From: a virus
Virus record (IMG/VR): IMGVR_UViG_3300050821_006746
Coordinates: 32,001-96,000 of that record
Length of the DNA stretch: 64,000 bases
Strand: one strand, 5' to 3'
A program made the position numbers and the translations under genes. Shown here one piece after another: positions 21,814-33,792 of the stretch (position 1 is the first letter of the stretch; each line of letters opens with the position of its first letter). The notes under the pieces are model-generated. The model was not told where the DNA came from. It was given only the letters and a program-made list of their open reading frames with translations, and did no database searches.

Positions 21814-22328
21814 ACGAATATCAAGTAGTAAACAAACACAAAGGAGAAAGACAATGAACGATCAAGTATACACACAGATGCTTAAAGATGTCACCACAGA
21901 GGTCAATTTTGAGAAGGCTTGCGAGATGCTAACGCAGATCCATCAGGAGTGTGATTGTCGCACCACTGAGTACTACGGTGGCAAACGCACACAACGCTCC
22001 ATCAAGAGCCGCGCCTTTGTCTGTGCCGCAAACACTGTGCGCTGGAATTTCCATAAGTTCGTCACGATGTCAAAAAATGGCCGCTACGAAGTGAACGAGC
22101 GCAATCAGCGCATTCAAGACAGGCAGGGATGGTAATGGAAAAGAAACGCGGTGGACAGGAAGGCAACAAGAACGCTAAGCGGGCAAAACATCCCCGCTTA
22201 GCAGTCAGTTATTCGGGTGATCTCCTCGATTTAGCCTATGAAAAGTTGGCAGATCAAGGGAATACTGCACCTACAGAGGATCAAATAAAGGATTTTATCC
22301 GCGCAATGACAAGGAAGGGATTGGAGCA

Positions 22329-23087
22329 ATGAAACCATTCACCTTTGGCTCACTTTTCTCTGGCGTTGGTGGTATTGATTTAGGCTTGGAGCGGGCTGGT
22401 ATGCAGTGCGCTTGGCAGGTGGAGATAGATGATTATGCAACAAAAGTACTTGAAAAACAGTGGCCCAATGTTACCCGGTTTCGAGACGTGCGAACCGTTG
22501 GAAAACGCAACCTGCCAACAGTTGACCTTCTGGCAGGTGGATTCCCCTGCCAACCTCATAGTCTCAATGGCAAAAGAAAAGCCAGCGAAGACGAACGCGA
22601 TCTCTGGCCAGAATTTCGCCGGCTTATTTGCGAGCTTAAACCCGCTTGGGTGTTGGCTGAAAACGTCATGGGGCTACTTAGTTCAGAAAATGGTCACTTC
22701 TTCGGCGGCATTCTCAGGGACTTGGCCGCGCTCAGGTATGATGCACAATGGCAAGTGCTACCAGCTTCCTCCTTTGGCGCACCACACCGAAGAGAAAGAG
22801 TCTTCATTGTGGCCTACCCTCAGAGCCTCTATGTGGAAAAATCGCAAATGGTCCAATCACAGAAAAGACCACCATTTCAATTTGGAAGAATATCTTCCAA
22901 CGATTTATCCAGAAATCAATGGAAAACCAATCAACCCTCATTTTCTGGAATGGATGATGGGATTCCCTATTGGGTGGACAGAAGTAAGGGACTCGGAAAC
23001 GCAGTTGTTCCACAAATAGCAGAGAGCATTGCTTATCGCATTCTCATGGCAGATGCAGCAAGCAAGGATGAAACGGAAGTAGCATAA
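22329..23087 (+). CDS. DNA cytosine-5 methyltransferase, alpha polypeptide
   Basis: FSGVGG (I), GFPCQ (IV), ENV (VI), RRERVF (VIII), GNAVVP (X); motif IX absent. Confidence 0.93.
   Translation: MKPFTFGSLFSGVGGIDLGLERAGMQCAWQVEIDDYATKVLEKQWPNVTRFRDVRTVGKRNLPTVDLLAGGFPCQPHSLNGKRKASEDERDLWPEFRRLICELKPAWVLAENVMGLLSSENGHFFGGILRDLAALRYDAQWQVLPASSFGAPHRRERVFIVAYPQSLYVEKSQMVQSQKRPPFQFGRISSNDLSRNQWKTNQPSFSGMDDGIPYWVDRSKGLGNAVVPQIAESIAYRILMADAASKDETEVA
22429..23019 (+). CDS. Overlapping +1-frame beta polypeptide of the C5 methyltransferase
   Basis: 196-codon nested ORF with LWPTLRAS and INPHFLEWMMGFPIGWT (motif IX-like); true start uncertain. Confidence 0.8.
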   Translation: MIMQQKYLKNSGPMLPGFETCEPLENATCQQLTFWQVDSPANLIVSMAKEKPAKTNAISGQNFAGLFASLNPLGCWLKTSWGYLVQKMVTSSAAFSGTWPRSGMMHNGKCYQLPPLAHHTEEKESSLWPTLRASMWKNRKWSNHRKDHHFNLEEYLPTIYPEINGKPINPHFLEWMMGFPIGWTEVRDSETQLFHK

Positions 23088-23173
23088 CCTGGCAGTGCCA
23101 GTAATATAGAGGTTTGATTATGGCACAAGTAGCACGACCACAAGAGGGCAAAGAAAAGCAAGGATGGTAGCGC

Positions 23174-23800
23174 ATGTACGAGAAATCTTACCAAGCCTGG
23201 AAAGAGTTTAAGGAAAAGCTCTATGGAAAATCTAAGGAGCAATTCGAGGATGCAACGCCAGAAGAAAAGCGGGCGTTGCTAGACAAGATGAATGCTTCTG
23301 ACGATGAACAGATACAGCAGAAAGAGATAGAGCTAAATGAGCTATTTAGCAAAATGCAAGATCTTACTCAGGAAATAGCTCGTTTAACGGAATATTCAAC
23401 AGGACATCAAGTTAGGATCATTCAACACGCCACAAGTGCTCTCAATAATTTTGTTCGCAATGGCATCCCCGATATGTTCCATTTTCCACGAGAAGACATG
23501 GACAAAATTATTCGCGCCATAGAGCAGGATCGTCGTACTCAGGCGCAAAGAGAAACGCTTGAGGGAATGCCGTATGATGCCTATCTGAAAACAGAGGCAT
23601 GGCAAATAAGGCGTTCACAGGCTCTCAAAGACGCCAAGAATAGGTGTCAGTTATGTTACAGTACAAAACTTCTCAATGTCCACCACAAGACCTATGAGCG
23701 GCGCGGACACGAACTGCCAGAGGATTTGATTGTACTCTGCAACGATTGTCACGCAAAACATCACGACAAAATTGGCAAAAAGAATTCATGGAATTTTTAG
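23174..23800 (+). CDS. HNH endonuclease with coiled-coil N-terminus
   Basis: CQLC...VHHKTY...DLIVLCNDCHAKHH. Confidence 0.85.
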   Translation: MYEKSYQAWKEFKEKLYGKSKEQFEDATPEEKRALLDKMNASDDEQIQQKEIELNELFSKMQDLTQEIARLTEYSTGHQVRIIQHATSALNNFVRNGIPDMFHFPREDMDKIIRAIEQDRRTQAQRETLEGMPYDAYLKTEAWQIRRSQALKDAKNRCQLCYSTKLLNVHHKTYERRGHELPEDLIVLCNDCHAKHHDKIGKKNSWNF

Positions 23801-23818
23801 ATAGATTTTCGAGGTAGC

Positions 23819-25459
23819 ATGATGGCAAACGCAGTTAGCCCACAGGATGAGCAGAAGATCAGCGAAAAGCAAAACACACCCTGGCGTGTGAAATTTACCT
23901 GCGACAAGAAAAACCCATCCTATCAAGAAATCCGCAAGGATCTTTTTGTTGCCTGTTGGGGCAATGCCAAGATGGTAGAGGTGCTATTTCACTTCCTGAA
24001 TACTGGTAGTTGGAAAGCGCATCACAACCACATGGACGAAAACACACGTGTGATTGTCCTCCAAGAAAAGCACTCTGAGATTTTAGCTAAAGTTAAACTT
24101 AAAGTCTCAGAGCCTACGCTTATCACATTCCTCAAGATGTTTGCTCAAGTTGGCTATGTTCGCAAAGCAGCCCGCAAGGGAGCACAAGAGATCAACTTTG
24201 AGGCCGTAGAGAAAGCATTCACAAACCCGCCTGAGAAGCCGGTTATCAGCAAGGATTTAAACTTAAATTTAAGTTTAAATAGTGAGCGGTCAAATGAGGT
24301 GGATAACCTACGTCAAGAGGTCGTCAATTTGCGCGAACAAGTGCAGGATTTAAGTTTAACTTTAGTTGGATTTAAGTCACTGTACGCTCAATTTGAGCAC
24401 GAATTTAAGTTTAACTTTAGCTCGCGAACTAAAGAATTTAACTTAAATGAATCGCCTGAGAGCACACAGGAAGCCAGCTCAGACCCACTTTTTTTTCCTA
24501 AGAATCCTTCTTTAGATATAAGAGATAGAGAAGAAGATGAAGAGAGTAAGAAGGACGATTGCGCTATCGCGCCGCTCGCACCTACATTTTTCGCTTTGCT
24601 TCCCTGGCTTTGGTCGGATGGGCTGGAAACACCCACAAGGTTACTTGTGGAATTAAACTCCACTATGCCAGTTGGTGAACAACAAAGGCGCTTATGGGCC
24701 ACTGAGCAGTACAAGCAGGAATTAGCTTCTAAAGGTTGCCCTGTGATGGTAGAGATGGTTTCAGAGCCTCCACAGAACGCCATTGATGCTGCTGCTACTC
24801 CTGAGTGGATTCTGGTTCTCATGGAGCCAGCACAACCCAAACAAGTATACGCTTCATATAGCCAGGAGTCACCTACACCCCCAGAGCAAAGTATAAAAGA
24901 TACGGAGGTTGGTGCGGCGCGTGGCTATATGCAAAGTACAGATGCAAATATACCTTCTGAGCAGAATAAGTCCACAAAGCGCACACGTGGCAAGAAAGCA
25001 GAGAAGGTTGAACAGTCAAGCCTCCCTTTTGACAAGGGCATCGCGCTAAACGAGGATGAACAGCGCATTTCTGATTGGTTCTGCAAGTTCTGGTTTATCA
25101 AAATCCCGCCAACAGTAAACGCATTGTACAAAAAACATTGTGGAACTTTAGTGCCTTTTGTCCATTCTTGGGAAGAAATGCAGAGTTTAGAGAAAGTGGC
25201 GCGAGTTTGGTTGCAAAGCCAACTTAAACCAGGGACAAAGGTTGGTGGATTGCATCTAGGTAATTTCACAAACACCAATGTTTTGAATAATTGGCAGCCA
25301 GATTTACCAGACAATATTGTCGCTATCGACTCAAAACAACGATCTGGGGTTGATACCTTTGCGCATGTACCAGCCTTTGGAGGGAAAACCGAAGAGCAAT
25401 TAGATGCTGAGTTGCCGGAGACTCTTGAGTTTCTTCGTGCGAGAGGCATAGCCATCTAG
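23819..25459 (+). CDS. Replication initiator (lambda O-like organisation)
   Basis: Directly upstream of a DnaC-like gene; N-terminal wHTH-like region; internal iterons. Confidence 0.7.
   Translation: MMANAVSPQDEQKISEKQNTPWRVKFTCDKKNPSYQEIRKDLFVACWGNAKMVEVLFHFLNTGSWKAHHNHMDENTRVIVLQEKHSEILAKVKLKVSEPTLITFLKMFAQVGYVRKAARKGAQEINFEAVEKAFTNPPEKPVISKDLNLNLSLNSERSNEVDNLRQEVVNLREQVQDLSLTLVGFKSLYAQFEHEFKFNFSSRTKEFNLNESPESTQEASSDPLFFPKNPSLDIRDREEDEESKKDDCAIAPLAPTFFALLPWLWSDGLETPTRLLVELNSTMPVGEQQRRLWATEQYKQELASKGCPVMVEMVSEPPQNAIDAAATPEWILVLMEPAQPKQVYASYSQESPTPPEQSIKDTEVGAARGYMQSTDANIPSEQNKSTKRTRGKKAEKVEQSSLPFDKGIALNEDEQRISDWFCKFWFIKIPPTVNALYKKHCGTLVPFVHSWEEMQSLEKVARVWLQSQLKPGTKVGGLHLGNFTNTNVLNNWQPDLPDNIVAIDSKQRSGVDTFAHVPAFGGKTEEQLDAELPETLEFLRARGIAI
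24085..24447. repeat. Iteron cluster / putative replication origin
   Basis: TTTAAGTTTAA(CTTTAG) at 24349 and 24404, inverted copy at 24085, 26-bp palindrome at 24255-24280. Confidence 0.75.
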
Positions 25460-25473
25460 AAAGGGTAACGGTT

Positions 25474-26430
25474 ATGGATAAGAAAGCAAAAGAGCGTATG
25501 CAACAAGCCATTGAGGATGCCAAGCGCAGACGAGAGCACATCTGTGATGATCCACAACCTCTAGGCAACCTGCTTCCAACATTGCCCAAAATTGTTGCCT
25601 TGACGGGTGTATACCCTGAATTTTTGTTTGAGACGCAGCCGAGCAATTATAGCCGCAATCCAGATGATCTCATGTATCTTTGTCCAACGTGTGGACAATG
25701 TTTCGGTGTAATCAGAAAGTCAAATGGCTATCGGCGGCGTCCTTGTCAGTGTATGCAAGACGAATACGACCGTCAGGATAGACTACGCTTTCAGGAGAGT
25801 GTGCGCCAAGAGCGCCTGGCAGTGCCAGTCAAGGAGCGAGTGACTTACACCTGGCTTGGTATGGACTATAGCGCGTTGGCAGAGCACTCACTGTCCAATT
25901 TTGAGATGCAGTATCAGCGCAACGCTTTTACGTTGGTTGCTGGCTACGTCAAGCAAAATTTAGCCCGTAGTGCCGAAAAGGATAACCTCTTGATTTATGG
26001 CGAGAAGGCAGGCTTGGGTAAGACTCATCTTGCGGCGGCATTACTTAATCTCTGCTACGAGGATGGCTATTCTTGTTTGTTCATGCTCGCAAAGGATTAC
26101 TTCGATGCGCTATGGGCATCTGACTTCAAGGACCGCTTGGCATTGCGTCAACGAGCGAGCAAGGCTGATTTCTTGCTCATAGACGACATTGACAAAGCTG
26201 AGCAAAAAGATACGAGCGCTCAAAAGTCAGAATTTTTTCAATTGCTCAATTTGCGTTATGAGGCTGGTCGTCCAACATTCTTCACGGCAAACTCTGCTGA
26301 TCTTTCTAGGTGGTTCAATGAGTGGACAATAAGCCGGGTACAAGAGCGCTTATTGAGGATACCCGTTGCTGGTAAAGATTATCGAGAGATTCGCGCTGAA
26401 CGTGCAAGGCAAGGGATAAACGCAGGCTAG
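25474..26430 (+). CDS. DnaC/IstB-like AAA+ helicase loader
   Basis: CPTC...CQC zinc motif, GLGKTHLA Walker A, LLIDDID Walker B, PTFFTAN, GKDYR. Confidence 0.9.
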   Translation: MDKKAKERMQQAIEDAKRRREHICDDPQPLGNLLPTLPKIVALTGVYPEFLFETQPSNYSRNPDDLMYLCPTCGQCFGVIRKSNGYRRRPCQCMQDEYDRQDRLRFQESVRQERLAVPVKERVTYTWLGMDYSALAEHSLSNFEMQYQRNAFTLVAGYVKQNLARSAEKDNLLIYGEKAGLGKTHLAAALLNLCYEDGYSCLFMLAKDYFDALWASDFKDRLALRQRASKADFLLIDDIDKAEQKDTSAQKSEFFQLLNLRYEAGRPTFFTANSADLSRWFNEWTISRVQERLLRIPVAGKDYREIRAERARQGINAG

Positions 26431-28139
26431 TGTTAAGAAAGGATACACTCACCATGAGTTACATGCCATTTAACGATGATAACCAACCATTATATGCTGA
26501 TGAGAACGAAAATATTCTTTTACGTGTGAAAGACCTCAAAAAGTTGATTGAGGATGATGTGCATTTGTCCGTTATTGATTTGAAGTCGATGAGCGTAAAC
26601 AGCGACCCTGAAAAACTGCAAGAACTATATCCTGCTCTTATGCCAGATCGCGTGTGGTTTGTTTGGGCTACGTTTCAAGCACCAGAAGGTTTAAAAACCT
26701 CACGGGCCTTTGTCATGTTGAAGGATGGTCAACTTTCTCTTCCTCTTGGGATGTTTCTTCATCTGGAGACGTTTCTTGCTGCTCATCGAAAACAGGCAAA
26801 GCGAGATATACCTGATTTGACACTGGATTATATTGAGACGTTGGAATCGATCATTGCTGACGATTGGCGTTTCTGGCGTGATTTTGTATATTTCCTTGAT
26901 CGTCACCATGCTCAGTTATTCGTTCAGGGAACACTCAAACCGCAATTTGAGAGACAGATCGTTGATTTGTATAAAAATTTTAGGTCAGTTAACTTTTTTT
27001 CAACGGAAAATGAGGCAATTGATCCATTCCCTGGCGGCAAGTTTAGTTTTGTGGAGAAGCGCGATATCGAACGCAAGAAGGAAGAATAATCATGGCACAA
27101 TGTACAGCGCTCGCTTGTCCACGTTTGCACGCTGATCCCGAAGATCGCACAATGGCTATCGACTTCTCGTCTTCACTGGTTACGCGTGACGCGCTCGGCA
27201 ATACGTGGTGCAACTATTGCATCAAACAATGTGAACTCATAAATTGGGGGAAGGCGCATAACTGGCCTGAAATCCATGTCACTGGAGAGCGAGGTAGATA
27301 TGCCATAGCACAAGGTCAATGGCATTGGCTGACGAGCGTGATGGGAAGTAACCAGGATGCGATAGACGCCTACCATGCCGCTGTGATAGCTGGGAACGAG
27401 GCTATGGAGCAGGAGATCGCGGAGAGTGTGGAGCGGGCGCATGATGCGAGGTTGCAGGCGAGGCGCGAACGTTGGTTGCACACGAGATAGCCTTGTGCAA
27501 CAATGATAATGGATGAGATAAGCCAGAGGAGAGATAGAATGGATCAGTTAACCGTATATGCTGTGTTTTTCTATATGGATGATGACGTGCCCGATGTTTA
27601 CTGTCTAGACGAAGCAGTTGCCAGGCAGATGGCTAGCAACTATGAGTCTGGCGATTATATCCTGTTGCAGGTGAGTGAGCAGGAATGGATGAGCCTGTTG
27701 AGAGGAGAGCGATAGTGGGTTGGTATACAGATGTGGTTGTCCACGTATCCATTTTGGAAAACGACGATGAGCAGGATAATTTGCGCCTCTTGCCTGAATT
27801 GCAAGCCGTGGCGCGGTTATTTCCTGTGCCAGACTGCTCGCATTTTTACGCTGGCACAACCAAAGGCTCTCACATTGATGTGATACTAAAGGGCATCGGT
27901 GCTATCAAGTGGGAATATCCCGAAGACGTGCAGGTGTGGTACAAAGACGAGCACGACGAGACTTTCAGGCTTGTTATGGGTGTGGAAGAGCAGGATAAGC
28001 GGATTGTGGAGCGGGATAGATTGCTGTATGAGGCGTGGGATTTGCTTATGGATGTGCAGGTATTTATACCACCTGAGAATTACGATTTGACTTGCGTGAA
28101 GAATTGGATTGAGAAATACAAACAGTTGAAGGGCGAAGA

Positions 28140-28604
28140 ATGAAAATAATCCCTGTGGGCTATGGCAACCCGAAGCACCGTGAACTTATCCCTGTGCTCA
28201 TGCAAGATCCTGATGCCGTGCTAGTGAGTGCGTGCCACTCAGATCGTGCAGCGCTCTACACATGGAGTGTTGCCAATCTTATAAAGCGCTATGGTGAACA
28301 ATTCAGGTGGATACCTCCACTTGGCAATATTCACTACAAACATCCTGAGTTTGGCATCCAGATTGCCGATCTCGACACCGGCTTATCTGATGTCTACGAT
28401 TTGTTGTTGTTGGGTAAAACGGCGCTGATTATGTGTGGATGCGGAACGATGGAACCAACGAAGAAACATCCACACGGGTGTCATCGGCGCATTATTTGCG
28501 ATGCGATGGCAGTGAGGTATGCAGATGTGGAGATTGTTCTACCTGAGACGATCTCGCCAGACGGCACGATTAGCGCACGTCAGGCGGGCGTGATGACACG
28601 TTGA
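28140..28604 (+). CDS. DUF488-like protein
   Basis: IIPVGYG start, LGN, LIMCGC...GCHRRII. Confidence 0.6.
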   Translation: MKIIPVGYGNPKHRELIPVLMQDPDAVLVSACHSDRAALYTWSVANLIKRYGEQFRWIPPLGNIHYKHPEFGIQIADLDTGLSDVYDLLLLGKTALIMCGCGTMEPTKKHPHGCHRRIICDAMAVRYADVEIVLPETISPDGTISARQAGVMTR

Positions 28605-30398
28605 CCGTGTTGGACGTGGGATTTTTATGTTGCGATTTGTGGGGCTTTTAACGTGGCTCTCAACGCGTTAAAATGGGTATAGCGAAAAGGAGCAAACAGA
28701 AATGATTAAGAATTGCCCACAATGTGGCGGATTGATCGGCTTGAATGCCGAAAAGATAGCGCGAACGTTGGAGAATACTTTTGTCTGTGAAGGGCACCCT
28801 CAGCCATCGCCACAAGATACGCAGTTTCGTCAATGGGCTACTGCTGTCTGGGATAAACTGTTGGGCGATAGCCGCTACATCGACGTGTCAACGGGCATGG
28901 GCACTGAATTGGACACAGAGGACAGTGATCACAAGCCATATATCGATATCCTTGCGCGTGCAGGTTATGTGCTTGTAGAGCATACATTTACGGAATTTTG
29001 GAGCGGGGCAGACGCAGAGGTAGGGCATTATCCTGACATGGAATCTATCCCTGATTTGCCAGAGTTACCAGAGGAGAAGACAAGATGAACAGGGATAATC
29101 AATTTGCCGGATCGGCAAAGGCGGTCTATGAGAAATTTGTGCGAAATGTTCTCTTGTCCGATAAGGGGATGGACATTGAAGCCTTTAAGCAAGAGCAAGA
29201 AACTATTCTTGCACGTGCTGGCTATGCTCTTGTGAAGCAAGCGATAGACGAAGCCCATTCAGTACTGAATGGGAATTGTACGGATTGCTACGAACACATC
29301 ACCGCTTATGATGTTTTGCGTGACATACCAGATATGCCCACATTGCCAGAGGAGACGACAAAATGAGTATTGATAATCCCACTAAACACATCCTTGTAAA
29401 AGATGTACATCAGTTTGAATGGATGCTCTACCGGCGTGGCTGCACATCGTTTGCTTCGTGGAGTGATGTGCATGGAATGGTGTACGCGACGATGCTTGGT
29501 AATGAGGTATATCAGTTTCGAGAAGACTTTTTCTTGCACGAGACTGTAGAGATTGTTTCTCATCGTCTAGAGGTTATGATGGGCAACGGGATGCACTTTG
29601 TTTGGTGCAAGCAGTGCCACGAGCCATTGTTGAAAATAGAGACAGGACATGCAGAATGGATTGAAACTGGTGGCGATGCGTATCAGATGTATGATAATGC
29701 GATTATGCTGATGCCAGGCGTTGCCTTTGAGATGACAATCGAATATCGTAGCGCGAAGGCTGGACCCGCTTCACCTGTGATCGAGTCTTGTGTAAATTGT
29801 GGCGTGTTGTTGGACGGGAACACTAGCGAGATCGAAGATTGCCAGGATTAGGCCCAAGAAAAAGAAATAGCCAGTGACCCAACGTACCAGAGAAGCGCAC
29901 ATGAGTATGCACCAGTTTGGTATCTCTCGTGTGCGCTTTATATTGCATTGCAATATATCAATACGCGGCAATTCGTGCTAGAATGTGCTCAGAATTCCAA
30001 TCCTTCACAGTGACGAGGAGACACCATCATGAGCTTTCTAGACCGTATCCGATTACAACGACCCACCTATGCCACAAAGATTATCGTGCCCGAAGAGATC
30101 AAGGCATTCGATCCCATTACGCCACTTCCTGAGCCACCAACGCCGCTTGTCGTACAAGTGCAGACGTGCGGTTATTGTGGCGGTCCATGCGAGAGTGAGC
30201 CGCATCAGTTCACAAATGGTGATTTGTACTTGAAGCGGTTGCCTTTCTCTTTCTTGTGCAACTCTTGTTGGAAGATGCGTGAGGACTTGCGCACACGGCA
30301 TAATGTGGCTAACACCAATACCCTTGTAGTGGGCAAGCCGCAGCGTATGCGCAAGGTAGAGGCGCGAGCAGAGGCAGAGCAGGCGTAGGGCAAAGAGA

Positions 30399-30425
30399 GA
30401 GGCTAGCGTTGGTTGCGCTAGCCTC
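30399..30425. terminator. Hairpin between convergent blocks
   Basis: GAGGCTAGCG/CGCTAGCCTC. Confidence 0.6.
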
Positions 30426-32843
30426 GTGGGATTGACTAGAGGTCACTGTAGTGTTCCCACGGCCAAGTACCATCATCGTACATCCACTGCCACTCTGCTG
30501 TGCTAAATGTTTGCAGGTGCTTATCGTGCTGATAGACGTGGATAATTTCTGAATCGTTCTCATCCTCCTTGAGCGTGATATGGCAATCCTCAAGTGCGTT
30601 GGTCAAGACGCCTGCTTGATCCATCTCGAAACACGATGTTGCGTTGTCGTCGCCTGCTGCATCAGAGTTGTTCTCGTGTGAGTAGATAGCCTCTACAGCG
30701 GCGCGCACCACGTAGACCTCGCTGAGCAGAGCGCTTAGGTGCTTGTGTAGGCGCTGGTTCTCTTTGCGTAGCGCTTCCAGTTCGGTTAGGGGCTGTTGTG
30801 GTTGGTCGTGCATGTGCTATTCTCCTTCTAACCAAAGTGTGGTATGTATTCCGGTTGAAACTCACGATCAATAAGTTGCTCTGCTTTTGCCTGTGCCTCT
30901 TCTTGCGTGGCTTCGGTTGCCTCAGTCACACTAAACGGCTTCTTGACGCGATAAAACCACATGCCGTCATCTGCTGGTTTAACGAATGCGCGAATGCCGT
31001 TTCTGTTGTCTCGATTGGCAAAAACGATGTGGAGTGTGTCGGTGTTATGGGCACGACGCCAGTAGTAGAATTTCATGGTTGTTCTTCCTCTGTGACTTTG
31101 CTAAGTTTCCGTTTGAGTTCTCGTTTATGCTCACTCGATAGGTTGATAGCCTTCTCCAGATCGTCTAGAAGATCATCAGGTGCTTCCAAGATGAGCAAGA
31201 GCGTTCGCACAAAGAACTGTACGAGATAGTCGTGCGTTGATTCGTATTCATGGCGTCGTTCCTGCGTTTTCAAAACAATCCTCCCATTTTCGTGATCTGC
31301 CTTGCGTCGAATAAACGCGCTTATCGTTTTCGTCGAGGATCACATAATAGCCGCTGTACACCGTCGCATGATCCCAATTGGCCGCTTGCTGTGCCTCTTC
31401 TAGCGTCTCCCACGTTAGCGGTGGTGAGTGCCCGATTGCGCCGTGTGTGAGGACGTGGAAGCCCTCACAGCCACTATAAGCCATACGATACATACTAAAA
31501 CCCCGCTATTTTCGTTGTATCTTTGCCCATACGGTTGAGCATCCGATAGATGTTGTTTTGTGCCCACTCCGCAGCGAGCCAACAATCATCAACATAGAGG
31601 TACTGGATTTGTTGGATCTCCTCCAGTGTGATCGTTTTCCACTCAGGCTCTCCCAAGCGGATGTACATTTCATCTAGCCAACTTGAGAGACGTGGAGCGC
31701 TCTGCTCGTAGTGTCGAACAGCTTCCGCAAGGAACTGCTTGAACTTTTCGACAGATAGAAACTGTTTAGGCACTATCGATTCTCCCTTATGGCTTGCAGG
31801 TGTTGGCACATGGTACGCCCGCCGTCGAATTTGGTAAACATTGTGCTTAATGCCATCTCTAGTCCCTGATTGCCCTCCGCCATTTTCCAGATAGCCGCCT
31901 GCGCTGCATCGTCATTGGCGTCAAATGCCTGAGCGTACTCCATCAGGTAATCGCGCTTGCCTGCGTTGATACGTTCTAGGCGGGCCTGTGCCGCCTCTCT
32001 AGCCAGGTCAAACACGTAGTCGTTATGCAGCGCCTTCATGAGGCTGAGCGCCGTGTTATAGCGTGCCAGAGCAGCGCGGCGCTCTCCTGAAAATTCCGGT
32101 GCGTACATCGCGTGACGGGCTTTATCGCCCGCTACCTCTGGGTTAATGGCTAGACGCTGGCATTCAGCGATGGAGGCGTCGAGTTCGCTCTGGCGTTGGG
32201 TGCCCAATGGGCTAGATTTGCAGTTCTTACACATGTTGTGCTCCTGACCGGGAATAACGCGCCCGGTCTCGCGTGTGGTGGTGGTTATTTATGTGTTTGC
32301 GTGCGTTCGTTTAACATTGCGGTTTCTGATTGATCGGCTTCATCGCGCATGCGATCTAATTTGCGCAGGAGTTCCATTGCTATTCTTGCGAAATTTTTAT
32401 TTCCATCATGGGCATCCATTTCAACGACTCCGCGTAAATAGAACAGTTCAGCGCGTGTCAATTTGGTCTCTGCCATCTCATTTCTCTTCCCCAGGCGGAT
32501 TATCGCGCCGCCTGCCCGCGAACTAATCGATTGCCAATCTTCTTGTTGACGTCTTGCCACTGGTGCGCTGTACACGCGTTGGGTTACGAGATCAGCGGGT
32601 GATGGTTGGCGTGGCTCTGGCTTGACTGGCGTGCCATCTTCATGGTGACGAATGAAGCACTGAATTTCATGATCCTCTGGGCGACGTACTGTGCGACCCC
32701 AAACCTTGCGAGCGGCTTTGCGTGCGCCGATTTGCGTGTTAGCCTCTACGGCAGCGGTGCGCGTGCCCCAAGTGCAGTCCCATACGAACATTGTCTCTAT
32801 CTCCTCTTGGGAGACCAGCGAACCAGCCTCCCGATAATCTCAA

Positions 32844-33359
32844 CTATGCGACTTTGAGCGGAACCATGCGTCCGCCTAGTTCAGCGATTGGAGCTACCAC
32901 GAAGCCGCGTCCGGTCAATTGTGTGTTGCACTGTTTGGCGGCACGTCCATTGGCAACCTTTGCCTCAAACTTCGTGTGCAGTTCCTCTTTGTGTTGTGTG
33001 ACCATCTGTGCCATAAAAGCCGTATCTCCCATGCGCTCTTTCACAACCGGCTTAGCAACGATCTTCTCCGCCTCAGCAACAGCCTCTTCTCCTTGTGCTT
33101 GTATCAGCTCGGCCTTTGCAATCAACACTTCTTGAACGGCTTTGATGTGACAGCACTCAGAGTAGCCCCAAAGGTGTGCGTCGCAATCACAGAAGAAGAC
33201 GCGAGTACCGCCAACGACTTCAGAGCGAACCTGGTAGTATTGGCTGGAAGAATTGCTCTTTACGGACCAACCCAGCACTTTACCAGTCAGTTTGTCAATC
33301 GCGGTGGCGATAGAGGCGGCTTTGATGAGCGGCTTGGCGGTTTTCTGCTTGCGTGCCAT
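32844..33359 (-). CDS. SWIM zinc finger protein
   Basis: WSVKSNSSSQYYQV...CDC...CCHIKAV. Confidence 0.7.
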   Translation of the reverse strand: MARKQKTAKPLIKAASIATAIDKLTGKVLGWSVKSNSSSQYYQVRSEVVGGTRVFFCDCDAHLWGYSECCHIKAVQEVLIAKAELIQAQGEEAVAEAEKIVAKPVVKERMGDTAFMAQMVTQHKEELHTKFEAKVANGRAAKQCNTQLTGRGFVVAPIAELGGRMVPLKVA

Positions 33360-33463
33360 GTTATTATCTCCTTGTGATGAGGGCTAAGGCTGTCAAATCT
33401 GTAACCCTCATCCGGTGAATGGCGCTTCGTAAGAGGCGCTTTTCTTTTTGTTTCTATATCATA

Positions 33464-33550
33464 ATTATACACTACGTTGTTAATTAATTGCAAGTGTTTT
33501 TGTGTGAGTTTTTGTGTTCCCTTGAAAATTGCAAGAACGTCGTTTATAAT
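33464..33550. promoter_or_regulatory. Divergent promoter pair
   Basis: Minus strand TTGCAA-18-TATAAT (33493-33464); plus strand TTGAAA-17-TATAAT (33522-33550). Confidence 0.7.
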
Positions 33551-33579
33551 TAGCAAAACATACCAGACAGGAGATAGAT

Positions 33580-33792
33580 ATGAGCGATATTGACTTGAAG
33601 AATAGCTTTCTTCCCGACGAAGCTGCTAAGTACCTGGGGATTAACGTCCAGAAGCTCAATAGATTAAGGCGTTTAGGCCGTCTACATGGTACTCAGGTAG
33701 GAACAACCAATCTTTTTACATATACCTTGGACGATCTGAGAAAAGCAGATTTGTCTGAAAAGAAGCGAGGACCAAAACCACATGGCACTTGA
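33580..33792 (+). CDS. HTH_17/MerR-like regulator
   Basis: FLPDEAAKYLGINVQKLNRLRRLGRL...KRGPKP. Confidence 0.8.
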   Translation: MSDIDLKNSFLPDEAAKYLGINVQKLNRLRRLGRLHGTQVGTTNLFTYTLDDLRKADLSEKKRGPKPHGT

